Below are positions 12,300 to 25,795 of a stretch of 64,000 nt of DNA, piece by piece. The DNA lies in contig CM126204.1 in assembly GCA_052327205.1 (NCBI GenBank), positions 317,998,001-318,062,000 on the forward strand, in the 5' to 3' direction. The notes under the pieces were generated by a model, which saw only the letters and a program-made list of their open reading frames with translations, ran no database searches and had not been told where the DNA came from. How positions within the stretch are numbered: the first letter of the stretch is position 1; each line of letters opens with the position of its first letter. A program made the position numbers and the translations under genes. The stretch is from Somniosus microcephalus (Eukaryota).

Positions 12300-14949
12300 A
12301 ATAAATGGTAGGACACTCAGAAGTGTAAAGGAAGAGAGTGACCTTGGAGTGTATGTCCACAGATCCCTGAAGGTAGCAGGACAGGTAGGTAAGAAGGTAT
12401 ATGGGATTTCCTTTATTAGCTGAGGCATAGAATATAAGAACAGGGAGGTTATACTAGAACTGTATAAAACACTAGTTAGGCCACAGCTAGAGTACTGCGT
12501 ACAGTTCTGGTCACCACATCACAAGAAGGATGTGATCGCATTAGAAAGGGTACAGAGGAGATTTACGAGGAAGTTGCCAGGACTGGAGAATTTTAGCTAT
12601 TAGGAAAGATTGGATAGGCTGGGGTTATTTCCTTTGTAACAGAGGAGGCTGAGGAGAGATTTAATTGAGGTGTATAAAATTATGAGGGGCTTAGATAGAG
12701 TTAATAGGAAGGACCTATTTCCCTTAGCAGAGAGGTCAATAGCCAGGAGGCATAGATTTAAAGTAATTAGTAGAAGGATTAGAGGGGAGTTGAGGAGAAT
12801 TTTTTTCATGCAGAGGGTGATGGGGATCTGGAACTCACTGCCTGAAATGGTGCTAGATGCAGAAACCCTCATCACATTTAAAAAGTACTTGGATATGCAC
12901 TTGAAGTGTCGTAACCTACAAGGCTACGGACCAAGAGCTGGAAAGTGGGATAAAGCTGGATAGCTCTTTTTCAGCCAGCACAGACATGATGGACCAAAAA
13001 TGTCTATGATTCTATGATTCTAAACAGGCGGATCAGCCAATCACATTGAAGAATTCTCACAGACAGCAAACCAGAATGTAAAAAGCAAGTTTTATAATTG
13101 ACTTTTTAATCATTTTACAGTATGCAAAATAAAGATTGGGACATGGGATTAAGGTAGAAGCTGAAATATCGTAAACAAACTTTAAAATAAAAAATATTTT
13201 TTATTATTTAAAAAATCTATGGAATTTTTATCATGGAACGGGATGAATGACACTCCACAATATAAAATCAGCTTTTCAGGGCCAGAGGGATTGTTCAGCA
13301 GTAATTATAACTTAGTACGCCTTAAAAAACCCAGTCACATATCATTTCCATCTGCGAGGACTTCAAGGGGGAAAAATTCAGTTGGTAGTGCCACCCGTTA
13401 GCGCCTTAAGAGGGCGCTAAGTGGGGCGCAAAGCAACTAGCGCCCGGGCGTGGCGATATCTGCGCCTCTTGCGAAATTGAGCGGACATTTTGCGGCGGTG
13501 CTAAACAATACCGCCCGATCTCCTGCGCACGCAGATCTTGACGTCATTTGAGAGTGCAACGCACTTGGGGCGCCCCAGAACAGAAATTCAGTGGCGCCCC
13601 CCTCCTTTCCGCCTGGCGCTACCAACGACAGATAGACTGGAATGCTACCCAGTCGCTGTGGGGCTGGGGGAACTCTACTTAAAGGGGGCCTCTTCCTGGC
13701 TTTTGTGTGGTAGCCATTTTTGCACCACTCGTTCTGAGAGAGAGAGATTTTGAGAGAGACAAAGAGAGAAAGAGAGACTTCTGCATTGAGTCAACGCTGT
13801 CTGAGGTAGTTTTGGCTTCTGACCATAACTTTGCAGGTACTTTGCTTTTTGACCTTCATAACTTTGATTGCCCAGATACTATGGGGGCTGCAATGGATGG
13901 GAACGTCGTCCTACTCCATCACATTCAGAGGGCACAGAGACGCAGAGAGAGAGCGGCAATCATGGCCAGACGGAGGAGGGCCAACAGGCCTCGGTACAGG
14001 AGGCCTTACCCTCCCAGGGTTTTTCGCCAACAGTTCTCCTACATTAATATGTCTGAGGAGCAGTGTTTGCGAAGGCTGTGATTCAGCAAGGAGGTGGTCA
14101 CTGAGCTCTGCCACCTGCTGCAGCCAGATCTGCAGCCTCAACTGAGGAGCAGGACGTCTCTGTCAGTGGCAGTGAAGATAAGATTGGCTGTCAACTTTTA
14201 TGCCACCGGCTCATTTCAATCAGCTACTGGGGACATCGCCAATATCTCCCAGTTCGCAGTGCATTGCTGCATCCGTCAGGTAACAAATGCCCTCTTTAAA
14301 AGAGTACATCTCTTTCCCCATGACCCCGGACAAGCCGCAAGAACACGCAACGGGCTTTGCGATGATAACGGGCTTCCCCATGTAGCAGGGCGCCATTGAC
14401 TGCACGCATGTGGCTTTGTGGGCGTCGCAAGAGAATGTCGAGGATTTCCGCAACCGAATGGGCTTCCATTTCTTAAACGGCCAGTTGGTCTGTGACCACA
14501 GACAGCTCATACTCGCTGTCAATGCCCACTTTCCTGGCAGCAGCCACGATGCCTTCATCCTGTGCCAGACTTCTGTGGCAGACCTTTTCCAGGCACCGCA
14601 TCACCCAGGAGGTTGGCTTCTCGGGGACAAGGGATATCCTCTGTGAACCTGGCTGATGACATCACTCCGTTCGCCCAGCACCCCTGCTGAGCTACGATAC
14701 AATGAGAGCCATCAAGCTACCAGGAACATCGTTGAGCACACAATCAGCGTGCTCAAGCAACGGTTCCGCTGTCTGGACCATTCTGGAGGAGCCCTGCAGT
14801 ACTCGCCTGAGCGAGTCTCCCACTTCGTTGTTGTGTGCTGTATGCTGCATAACCTTGCAATCCTCAGGACCCAGCCAATGTCACCAGGCATTGGAGCACC
14901 AGCAGAGGAGGAAGAGGAAGAGGTGGAGGAAGATGAGGAGGATGATCAT

Positions 14950-17900
14950 TCTTACGTCTGTGTATAATAAGAAACGGACTGCAGAGAACGGTACAACAGG
15001 TATTTACTCAACGTGGTTCAAACTGCAACTGAACTGTACAGATTACTACTCAACGTTATATACAGGTGTGGTCACTGCTGGTACTACAGTATACATGAGC
15101 TGTAAAAAGTAGTCCCCCCCTTAAAGGTACATACATTGCAATTCCTCCACCTTTAAGATTAACAGTACCATAACACTCATTTAACAATTAAATATCAAAC
15201 TAATTACAATTAACACTTTTAACATGCAACATTAGCTGAAAATAGTCTATTTATAAATTCAGTCTTTGGGGAGGCTTCCTGATCCTTTCTGGATAGCGCC
15301 TTTCCAGAGTGTCTTGCTCTTGGTGCGGAGGCGATTCTGGTCCCCTGTCGCGGTTGGTTCATCAGCTTCCGATGCTACTGTTTCTGGGGTAGATGCTACC
15401 TGTACGTCGGGTTCATCACCAGGTACGTATGGGCGAGACATGGGGTTGACTTGTTCCTGTGACTCTAGGATCTTGTCAGCATGGCGTCTCACGATGCTCT
15501 CCCCAACGTCCACTGTGTACATTAGTGGGCCCTGCTGTGTGCATAACGTTCCTGGCTGCCATTTTTCTGTTCGGTAGTCGCGGGCCAAGACTGGTTGCCC
15601 TACATTGAAGCTCCTTGTTGGCTTCTCATGGATGTGCTGGAATTGCTTACTCTCAACATCTCTTCGTACGTTTGGTCTGAGCAAATCCAGGCGAGATCTT
15701 AACCTTCGGTTAAAGAACATCATGGCTGGGGCCTGGTTGGTGACTGCATGTGTCGCATTCCGGTAGGCGAACAGGAAATTGTCCACCTTGTGCTGCAGCG
15801 GAATGTTGTCATTGTACATAGCCTTTATTGCCTTCTTAAAGGTTTGTACGAACCTCTCAGCCAATCCATTTGTGGCTGGATGATACGGGGCGCATGTGTA
15901 ATGCCTTACCCCATTCTTTTTCAAGAACCTCCGGAACTCTTCGGACACAAACTGCAGACCGTTGCCGGAGCAAATCTGTACTGGCAAGCCATTCCTGGCA
16001 AAAATGGTCTGTAGGACTGCAATAGTTTTCTCCGTGGTGGTGGAGGACATTTTGATGACCTCAGGCCATTTCGAGTGCGCATCCACGGCTATTAAAAACA
16101 TTGAGTCCATGAATTGACCAGCAAAATCAATATTCACCCGTTGCCATGGAGATGAGGGCCACTCCCATGGGTGTAGAGGGGCCTGTGGTGGTGCATTTTG
16201 GACTTTCTGGCATCCTGAGCAGCTCTTGGTCAGGTCCTCGATTTGTTTATCGATTCCCGGCCACCACACATAAGCCCTGGCTAGGCTTTTCATTTTTACC
16301 CCTCCCAGATGACCCTCATGAAGCTCATTGAGCACTCTATCCCTTAACTTGGGTGGAATTACCACTCGGGATCCACACATCAAGGTCCCCCAGCACACTG
16401 ACAGCTGTTCTCTCCTTGTCGAGAATGCTGGCAACAGTGAGTCGCCATGTGCTGGCCATCCCTTCACCGTCAAATCATATACCCGAGACAGTGTCGGGTC
16501 ATTTCGGGTTTCCTTTTCGATACAAGCGTTAGTTACCGGTAGGTATTCAACTATAGTCAAATGGAATATTTCGACAGGATCCACTGCTGGTGCTTCCTCC
16601 GCAGTAGGCAGTGGCAGGCGTGATAGCCCATCAGCATTTCCATGCTGTTTCGTGCCCTTATATTCAATCTCATAGTGGTGCGCCCCTAGAAAAAGTGACC
16701 ATCTTTGTAGTCGTTGCGCAGTCATCACCGGAACGCCCTTCTTTGGATTAAAAATGGAGACAAGAGGCTGGTGACCAGTCAGCAAGGTGAATTTCTGCCC
16801 GTGCAGATAGCGATTGAACTTTTTCACTCCCCACACTAGGCTGAGGGCCTCCCTGTCAATCTGGGCGTAGTTACGCTCGGCTGAGGTTAGTGATCGTGAC
16901 GCAAAGGCTATTGGCCTCTCTGAGCCGTCCGAGAATTTTTGCGACAGCACCGCTCCAATGCCGTAGGGTGACGCATCACATGCCAACCGAATTGGTAATG
17001 CTGAGTTGTAATGGGCCAATACCTCTTTCGATGTGATTAGTGTTTTGCTCTTCTGGAAAGCTCGTCTACATTCGTCACTCCACTTCCATGGCACCCCAGT
17101 TTGCAGTAGGGTGTTCAGTGGGTGTAGTACGGTAGACAAATTTGGCAAGAACTTATGGTAGTAGTTTACCAGCCCGAGGAACGACTTCAGTTGTGACACA
17201 TTTTCCGGTGCTGGAGCCTTGACTGCTGCCTCAATCTTCTCTGGGGACTTATGTAACCCCTCTTTATCGATAACGTGGCCACAATACGAGATCTGTTTTC
17301 TAAAAAACTCGCATTTCGGGCGGTTAGCTCGGAGCCCATATTCCTGCAATCTAGTGAGCACCTGCTCCAGGTTGGCAAGGTGATCACTGTCATTTTCGCC
17401 CGTGACCAGGATGTCGTCCAAATAACACTGGGTCCCTGGGATCCCTTGCAGGACTTGTTCCATTGCCCTCTGCCAAATAGCCAGAGCTGATGCTACCCCG
17501 AATACCAGCCGGTTGTATTGGTAGAGACCTTTATGGGTGTTGATTGTGAGGTATTTTTTTGATGCTTCTTCTACATCCATTTGCAGATACGCCTGGGCCA
17601 GATCAATCTTAGTGAAGCGTTTCCCTCCAGATAGCGAGGCGAAAATATCTTCAATCCGCGGAAGAGTATATTGTACGGTGTGAAGGACCGGGTTCACTGT
17701 TACCTTAAATTCCCCACAGATGTGAAACTTCCTTGGTTCCCCAGGCGTGCTGCTGAACGATTTTTTCATCACAGGGACGATGGGTGTAGCCCACTTGCTC
17801 CAGTCTACCTTGGACAGTACACCTGAATGTTCCAGACTCTCCAGCTCTGCTTTGATGGCTGGGCGGATCGCATAAGGTACCGGTCTGGCCTTAAAAAATT

Positions 17901-19918
17901 TTGGCCTTGCGTTTTCTTCAATTTTAATCGTCGCTGTCATGCCTTTTAGTGTTCCGAGTCCTTGCTGGAACACTTCTTTCGCGTCAGTTAGGATCATTGA
18001 CAGTCGCCCAGGTGTGACGTCGTCATCCTTTTTGTCAGCCACAGTCAGTGCCTGTATGGAATGCCAATCCAGTTGTATTTTCCGGATCCATTCACGTCCC
18101 AGTAATGGTGGTCCTCCATCTTGCAATACATACAGGTCTAGTTTTGGTGTTTCCTTACCGTTATATATAACGGTCACCCTTATTTTTCCTTTGGGGTAGA
18201 CTTTTTGCCCCGTGTACGTCTTCAAAATAATTTTTGTGTCTCTCAAGGGTATGTGTGAGAATAGCCGCTCGTAGTCCCGTCGGTTTATGACTGTTAGAGC
18301 TGATCCTGTGTCCAATTCCATCTTTACCTGGACTCCTGCTATCTTGAGAGTGACCCAAATGGTTCGGTGATCCTCCGTTGTGATCACATTATGTCGTTTC
18401 AGAAAACTCAGTTCCCTGCTTTCGGAGTCGTTATCACTCTTTTGTTCATCTGAACTATTCTCCGTTATCTTATGTATCTTCTTGTACTTCCCTTTGGTCG
18501 GTTTCTTATTGCTGGTTTTCTTTCCCGACCTGCAGACTCGTGCTATGTGTCCTACTTTTCCACACTGTCTGCACACTTTGTCTTTGAACCAGCAATCATT
18601 CTGGTCGTGTGTTGCTCTGTCTCAGCGATAGCACTTCTCTGTTCCATATGACATTTCGTTGGTGCCATATTCCTGCGGTCTCTGTTGTATCTCTGCAGCG
18701 CCCCGTGCTGCTGCTTCATATGATACCGCAATGCTGAAAGCCTTTTCCAGCGTAAGGTCCTTTTCAGATAAAAGCCGTTTCTGGGTTCCTTCACTTTGAA
18801 GCCCACACACAAACTTGTCCCTTAAGGTATCTGCCAGTCCCGCTCCAAACTGGCAGTGTTTCGATAGTTTGCGCAGTTCTGTTAAATAATCAGCATTGCT
18901 TTCATCCTTATGCTGCTTCCATTTGTGAAACTTGAATCTTTCTGCTATCAGCAGCGGTGTGGGGTTTAAATGTTCCTTTAGTATCGTTACTATGTCTTCA
19001 AAACTCTTTTCCATTGGCTTCGTTGGGGTTACTAGATTTCGCAATAACCCATACGTCTTTGCACCCATTAAATTCAACAATACCGACGCTTTCTTGTCAT
19101 CCGACACCTCATTTGCCTTGCAGTACACCTCTATTCGTTCGACATATGTAGTCCAATCTTCGACTTCATTGTCAAATGCGGTGATACTGCCACTCTTCGG
19201 CATTTTGGGCGTGGTTTAAAATGGCGTCTCCCAATGGCTTAAAATGGCACCTCCCGCGCTTTCCTTCCTCCCCCGCTGCCTCCGACGCTGCTCCCGGCGG
19301 TCCTCGTGGCAATGGCGGCACCTCGCAGGTTTCTGTGCGTCTCTCTCTCCCTCTCTCCGACACTGCTCGGCCCCTGAACACCAGCTGCGCCCTGTGCGCT
19401 CTGCCCTCTCTCTCTCTCTCCCCGTCGACGCTTCTCGGCCCTTTGCTGTGCCGCTCCGTCGGGCTCTAGCCGGGAAGGGTCTGTCCGGGAAGGGTCTGCG
19501 CACTGCCTGTTCCCAGCCCGTTTCGCTGGACCACCTCGACTGGAAAGCCAAGCCTGGCTCTCGACAGCCTCCCCGCAATTCTCGAGTCTCTGCTGGGTGA
19601 CTGGGCGGTCGCCCGTGGTCGACGCCCGAGTCTCTGGCCTTGACCTCCAATCCACTGATCTCCAGGAACGAATCCCCGGGAGGTGATGCAGAGTTGCAGG
19701 TAGGTTCGAACCTGCCTCGTCGCCAATGTTACGTCCGTGTATAATAAGAAGCGGACTGCAGAGAACGGTACAACAGGTGTTTACTCAATGTGGTTCAAAC
19801 TACAACTGAACTGTACAGATTACTACTCAACGTTATATACAGGTGTGGTCACTGCCGGTACTACAGTATACATGAGCTGTAAAAAGTAGTCCCCCCCCTT
19901 AAAGGTACATACATTACA
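14950..19918 (-). mobile_element. Full-length Ty3/Gypsy LTR retrotransposon (Gypsy-A)
   Basis: LTRs 19727-19918 and 14950-15140; TSD atcat; PBS tggcgacgagg; PPT next to 15141. Confidence 0.95.
15259..19203 (-). pseudogene. gag-pol (gag, PR, RT, RNase H, IN) with one in-frame stop at 18622-18624
   Basis: LDTGS, YLDD, CDAS, HHCC; the gag and pol ORFs are in the same frame; substitutions at conserved Asp (LTGHQ, CSGNG). Confidence 0.9.
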
Positions 19919-20308
19919 ATCATCAGCAGCACCAAGGCGGGAGGGAGGCACAAAGTGGAAGGGCCGTCCGTCAAAGGCTCATAGCAAGTCGCTTCGAGGC
20001 CCCCTCTGAGGAAATGGCTTCTGCCTTTCAAACAACCTGAATGAAACCATCCCGCAACCCCTAAGCCGGTCAAGGCAACAATGATTGCAAAGACTAAACA
20101 TGTACATTTTGAATACAGACACTTCTTTATTTCACAAACTCTGTGTGTCTCATTTCCGCATGACAAAGTAATAGAAAGAAACCCAAAAAAAGCAGTCATT
20201 CACATAACTGGCTCTCACAACCTGGAGACAATGTCCAAAACAGTTACAAAAATTTGACCACGAACCTCGGCCTTCAATAAAACAATGAAAAACATTCTGT
20301 CACACCTC

Positions 20309-22106
20309 CTACTTTTTGCCCTTCGAGGATGATCTGCTTCCCTTGCGAAATTCCCCCCTTCCCACCCTGCAGCTCCTCCGTAATGGGACCCCAGTGGCTG
20401 GAGCAAGGCTGGGGGAAGGCTGCTGAGTGTCAGAAACTGAGACTGCAGATGCCCTTGAGGGACGGCCTGGACCAGCTCTGGGCCTGGAGGGCCCGGCTGC
20501 TGACTGCACCAACTCTGCATGGGCGGCAGCAGTCTGTCCTACAGGTGGTGGCAACTGCAGTGGAGAAGTGCCAGTGGTGGCAGCAGGAATGCTGTCACCT
20601 TGAGAGAGGACAGCAATTCCCTGCTCGACCGACACACTGGCACTCCCACGGGGCAGCACTTCAGCATCCAGAGCAATCTGATGGAGCACAGATTGCTGGC
20701 CTGCTGCGGCGCGGTGAGAGCCCCGGGGAAATCTGCCCAATCCAGCGAGGGTGGCAGCAGTCAGTGCTCGCATAGCCTCAATCTGGATCTGCATGAGACC
20801 AGCCACTGACTGCATTGCAGCACTAAGCATGTGCGTGGCAGCCTGTGCTACAGCGAAGTGCTCCACACTCCTTGCCAGTGATTCAATGGATTCGGGCAAC
20901 CTTGTCACTGCGGCCATGAGCTCAGTGTGCCTGTGCTCCGCCTGGGCGCTCATTTCAGTGAGGCCCCGCTCCTCCTCTGCATCCAGTGCATCAGGACTCG
21001 AAGCCATACTCTCCCTCCGGGGAGAAGGCCCCCGAGCTTCCCTACCCCCATCGCATTGCTGCAGCCCGCTGGGTCCTGGAGCTTCACCCTCATCAGACCA
21101 TTCCCCCCTGCTCCCCTCCAGGGAAGGTGTGTTCCCAGTGTGGGTATGGGCTGCCTCGGTAGAGGGTGGCGCTGATGGTCCGTCTTCTTCTTCCTCCTCG
21201 CCTTCAGCTTCACTCTCACTGGCAGCTTGAGGGCCCGTCTCCTCACCTGGTGAATCACCATCTGAAAACAGGGCGGTACAAGAGTGGCTTTAGCGTGAGG
21301 ACAGGGTGGCAGCAAGGGAGGCATGAATGCAGCGATTTAGTGATTTGGATTGAAAGTGTCAAAGGCTGCTGTTGTGAGGAACAAGTGGAAGGAGAGAGGC
21401 CAAAAACGTGATGACCTTACCATTGCTGTCCAGAAAGGGGTCGGCGTCTCCAGTGGTGACGGGACCAATCACCCGGCTTGCCACAATCGTGTGGACGCGC
21501 TCCTCAATATTGCTGAGGGGTTGCAGCTGAGGGCGCCCTCCACCAGTCCGTTGCTGCTGTCTCCTATTATGAGACAGCTTGGCCTGCAAGAAAAAGGACG
21601 GCGTCTGAGTAAATATGCAGCCATGGTCTTGCCTGAAATGCCTCCCATGGTTGAATAGCCCTTACTGTATGCAGCCATGGTCTTGCCTGAAATGCCTCCC
21701 ATAGTTGAATAGCCCTTACTGTATGCAAAGTGGGGAATGTGCATGTGTGTTTGATGAAAGGGTCATAGGTGTTGGATGATTGTTGGGCATTGGGGGCTTT
21801 TAAGACCCTCTGGCCATACAGTGAGGTTGAGATGGAGGGATAAAGAGGTTTAGAAAAAAAGGCACTCACCCTGATGACCCGAGTGAGGTCGTTGAACTTT
21901 TTCCTACATTGCACATGGGTCCTAGGCACCATGCTGCTTGAGGACATTCTCTGAGCCACCTCCCTCCACACTCTTCTGTACTCGCGTGGCAAAGGCCTTC
22001 TGCCACTCTCTGGGTACAGAATGGATCTTCTGCGCACCACCCTGCAAACCAGAGCCTCCAAAGCCCGCTCGCAGAAGCGCTTTGCTCGCTCCTTGGCCCT
22101 CTCCAT
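20309..22106 (-). CDS. Harbinger Myb/SANT-like DNA-binding partner; predicted exons 22106-21870, 21583-21421, 21261-20309 (~450 aa)
   Basis: RF..LEALV..VWREVAQRM..RTHVQCRKKFNDL; donors gtgagt and gtaagg, acceptors ttgcag and ttttcag; exon phases give an uninterrupted frame. Confidence 0.8.
21614..21726. repeat. ~54-bp tandem duplication in Myb intron 1
   Basis: tatgcagccatggtcttgcctgaaatgcctccca..ttgaatagcccttactg occurs twice. Confidence 0.85.
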
Positions 22107-25100
22107 AGTGTCTGGCTGCTAGATTTAGCCACAGGTCTACCTAGGCCGAGATTCAAGGCTCCAATGAGCAGGGTGAAGCTGCAGAGCAAGATCGACCCTC
22201 CCCTTTAAGTGTGCCTGTGTTCCATGGCTAACTGACAGCACCTGCGCTGTGCATGCCCTCTGAGGTAGCGCCTCGCTCCTCGGCCTTAGCGCCTTAAGAG
22301 AGGTGTGTAGCACCTGATTTAGCTCTCCAATCACCTCCAGGGGTGATAAAAGCCAAGTTTGCTGTCGGAGGCGATAATTAGCACCAGGCGCTAAACTTTG
22401 CGCACCGCCAGTAATGGCGCCCCATATGGGACGATACCGAATTTCTCCCCCCAACAGCGCACCCTGTGGAGGAGCAGGGAATCACTGACAGCAACCACCA
22501 GATCTCCGCATTTAACTGCTCATGTGCGGACTCCAGAAGTTGCTGTCAGTTTTACACAGTAATGATGGCAAACGCCTGACAGTTTTGGCATCATTACAAC
22601 CGCAAATTCCAGGCCATTGATGTAAATTAGAATCAACAGTGGTCCTGGGACACTTCCTCAGGATAATGCGGTTGAAAAGATTTGCATACTGGGTGAAGGA
22701 ATGAACAACAAAATCATGCATTTATATTTCAAAGAATAATTTAAAAACTGGTTTAAACTGCTGTAGATAGCATTTTATCAGTTTATTAATATCAGCAGAC
22801 CATTATGTTGTGATGGGATGAGGCAGTTCAAACTTTATGTTGGCTGATGATAAATGCACCTAACCGTGGTGATGCTGTTGAAAGTCATAGAGGAGTCCTT
22901 GCCATATTCTGAACATTCCGGGAGATAGATAATTATAAAAAGAAGATGGAATAATGTGGCAAAACGGAAAGGGGGAGCTGACATTCAAATGTCAAATGAT
23001 GCGGCTACAAAATCAATGAATATACATTTTTGGTTTAAGAAGTAGAATAATCTCCTTTTGCTTGCAATTGAGAATTTCTTTTAGTAAAGAGTCTGCCATG
23101 AGGATGATGATACTGCTGAGCACTGGCATCATGAAGTCTGAGACTGCCCAGGGTTCAATTGCTGGCTAAGTGGTCACCTTCTGGAAAAAAAAGGGTCATA
23201 AAGATGTCATTGTCATAGCGATGTCAAGTCCCAGACTGTCCTTCAGATTGTTCAATTGCCCCCAAACGTGAAGTGGGATACATGTGTCCTTTGAAAAGGG
23301 AACAAAACAGTTGTAACCTCAATAAAGGAATGTTGCAACCTGGGCAGTTCTCACATTCTGAAAGTGAGCGCCTTTCAGTTTGATTCACAATCGTGCATTA
23401 AATGTGAGGTTTCGAAACTTACCATGTTAATGGTGGTGGACCTCTAGCGCAACTTTTCAGGCTTGACATTTAATCTATAAATATAAATCACTTTGTAGCG
23501 CTATTATTTCATAATTGCCATGCAGATTCAGGTACATTAAAGGACTGCTCATCCATGATGAATGGCTGATGGAAGTGATCTGGGGTTACTCACAATCATC
23601 TACTAATATATTTTGAGTCTGCATTTTAATACTCATTAAAATTTCAGTTATTTACTGTACTGCTTATAACCCATTAACTAGAAAGAAATGGCATGTGGCA
23701 TAATGACAGTGACACAGTGGTCCCTACCACAGCTGCTGTTTTCCCTTGCATTAACCCTTTTTATAACCGGAGAAGACAAAATTCAGGCCTTAAAAAGACC
23801 ACAGCTTGGTCACAGCTGCCTATTATTCTAAGTGAAGAATACTGAAAATGTCCCTAATTCTAAATGATTTATTTATATATATATATCAATTGAGCAGTAG
23901 TAAATTCTTGTCAAAACAGATGACTTTTTGAAATATAAAAATACAGCTTGCCAAGAAACATTGTGCTTGAATTAGGATTTTGAGATTATTTATAAAACAT
24001 TTTTAATTGATCATATTTGTTCCTCAGCAATTTAATAATTGACCATATAACGGAATCCAACTGATTTATTGAATGTATTTGAGATAGTTTCTTATAATTT
24101 CCTAACACAGCAGGTCTTATAGCCATTAGAGAGTAGGTAATAGTCAATTCAGTTATGACAAACCAACCAGAAATAGTTAGCAATAGTCTTGGGAAAAGTG
24201 CCCACTGAAGGGAAAAAGATGTTTGAGACTAATTTTGAAGACATGGGGAATGAATTAACCACAACAGAATGGAAGAAATTTTAATTGATAGATCTATGGA
24301 CCAACAGTTGATACTATTCAAGATCTTAATTCGTGAATCACAAAACAAGTATGTATTTGTGACAGGCAAAGATGAAAATCCTGGGGTGATGCAACTATGA
24401 TCTATGATAGTGGTTAGGAATTAGTATTAAAAAAAAGGCTCATGTAAGGATGAATTATAGTGGCAAGAATGAGGCTTGGGAGGATTGTAAGAAAGCAACA
24501 AAAGGAAACAATGGAAATGAAAAGGAAGACAAAAAGGAAGTGTGAAAAAGAACCTGCTGATGGTATCACGGGTAACAGCCAAGGTTTCTGCAAGTACATT
24601 AAGAAAACAAGAGTGGTAAAGGAGAAACAGGACTATTAGAAATAAATGTAGATATGACAATAATAGAGGAGAAGGACATGGGGAACTGCTAAATGAATAT
24701 TTTGCTTTGGAGGATACAAAAGCAGGGACGACTAGAAATTAGCAAAGGGGAAAAATTTACAGCCACTAAATTAAACCAAAAAGTAGTCATGGATAAATGA
24801 ATGGGATTGAAGGCAGATAAAGTTCCAGATGGTTTCCTACCAATGCTATTAAACAAAATAGGCAAGGAAATTTGGGATGGATTAGTTAGAATCATCCGAC
24901 CTGTCGGGAAGAGGAGCCATGGCCAGCAGGGGCCTAGATAAGTAAGTTTCTTTAAATTTTGTTTAATTTCCTTGTGGGCCAAGGAGACCATCTGACCCTT
25001 TGTGCTGGGGGCTGTTCGATCGGGTCCCTGGCGGTGGACTTTTGCCCCCGAAATCCTGCTCCTGTCCTCCGGGTTCAGGTAAGAGACTGACTCCGATCAT

Positions 25101-25795
25101 GTAGACGAGGCCTGGGCATTACAATCTACCGGATCTGACGCTACGGAGGGCCATCGGCTTCCCGTCTGCCTCGGCCCCCAGGCCCCACAGACTCCACTCA
25201 TGCTTAACATCGTCCTGTTGTGTTCTCGGAGATAAATACTGGGGTCCCACCCCCATAAATTTCCTATATAAATGACCTGGAATAGAAGGGAGTATATCCA
25301 AGTTTCCAGACAAATGCTTAGCCAAAAGGTCTAGTGAATTGAGGAGGAGAGCAAAAAAATTGAAAAAAGGGCATGCAGATTCAGCAAATGGGCAAGAGGA
25401 TGGAAGGTGCAGTTTAATGCAGCAAAGTGAGAGGTAATAAATATACTTGGAATCAAGGGATATGGGGATCAGGTGGGAAAGTGGAGTTGATGGCAAGATA
25501 AGCCATGATCTTATTGAATGACGGAGCAGGCTCGAGGGGCCATATGGCCTACTCCTGTTCCTATTTCTTATGTAGGAGCGCCAGTCTAAATGGGGAAGCA
25601 CTCGGTGATAGATTAACAAAGGGACGTGTAGGTGTAAAGCACATAAGTCATTAAAAGCTAGCCTGCAGGTACAAAAAGTGATAAAAATATTGAATAAGAT
25701 GTTGGATTTATCACAAGAGGTATATATAAAATAAAAGCAAGGAAGCATCAGTGCAGATCTACAGAAAACTGGACAGATCTCATTTGGAAGATTAT

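Larger units (their letters stand above)
10495..13021 (+). mobile_element. 5'-truncated CR1 LINE interrupted by two MITEs
   Basis: YINDLD..KFADDTK..WQMEFNLEKCE, later LVRPQLEYC-like and FFMQRVMGIWNSLP; (attctatg)n tail at ~13003-13021. Confidence 0.85.
13881..20040 (+). pseudogene. Harbinger (HARBI1-like) DDE transposase, disrupted; coding parts 13881-14949 and 19924-~20040
   Basis: GAIDCTHV, PGSSHDAFIL, LLGDKGYP, RNIVEHTISVLKQRFRCL, CCMLHN; stops at 14079 and 14644, frameshift at ~14305, LTR insertion in the acidic tail. Confidence 0.9.
13367..22451. mobile_element. PIF/Harbinger DNA transposon (both termini present), interrupted by a Gypsy element
   Basis: TIR gggggaaaaattc / gaatttctccccc; 3-bp TSD caa (13364-13366, 22452-22454); convergent DDE transposase and Myb/SANT genes. 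Confidence 0.92.
10315..22615. mobile_element. Non-autonomous DNA transposon split into three pieces (10315-~10490, ~13022-13366, 22455-22615) by later insertions
   Basis: The pieces are collinear with the uninterrupted relative at 58074-58821; termini ggcttggattttgc / gcaaattccaggcc. Confidence 0.8.

Noticed and set aside
13881-14949. Host HARBI1 gene
   Set aside because: Flanked by TIRs and a TSD, disrupted, and a paralogous decayed copy lies at 62.8-64 kb
18622-18624. Programmed gag-pol stop read-through in Gypsy-A
   Set aside because: The TGA replaces a zinc-knuckle Cys; the relative Gypsy-D has Cys here and a stop two codons earlier, so these are independent nonsense mutations
19216-19726. 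Overlapping GC-rich ORFs upstream of gag (also 52211-52825)
   Set aside because: Low-complexity 5' leader with short internal repeats; open frames are expected by chance
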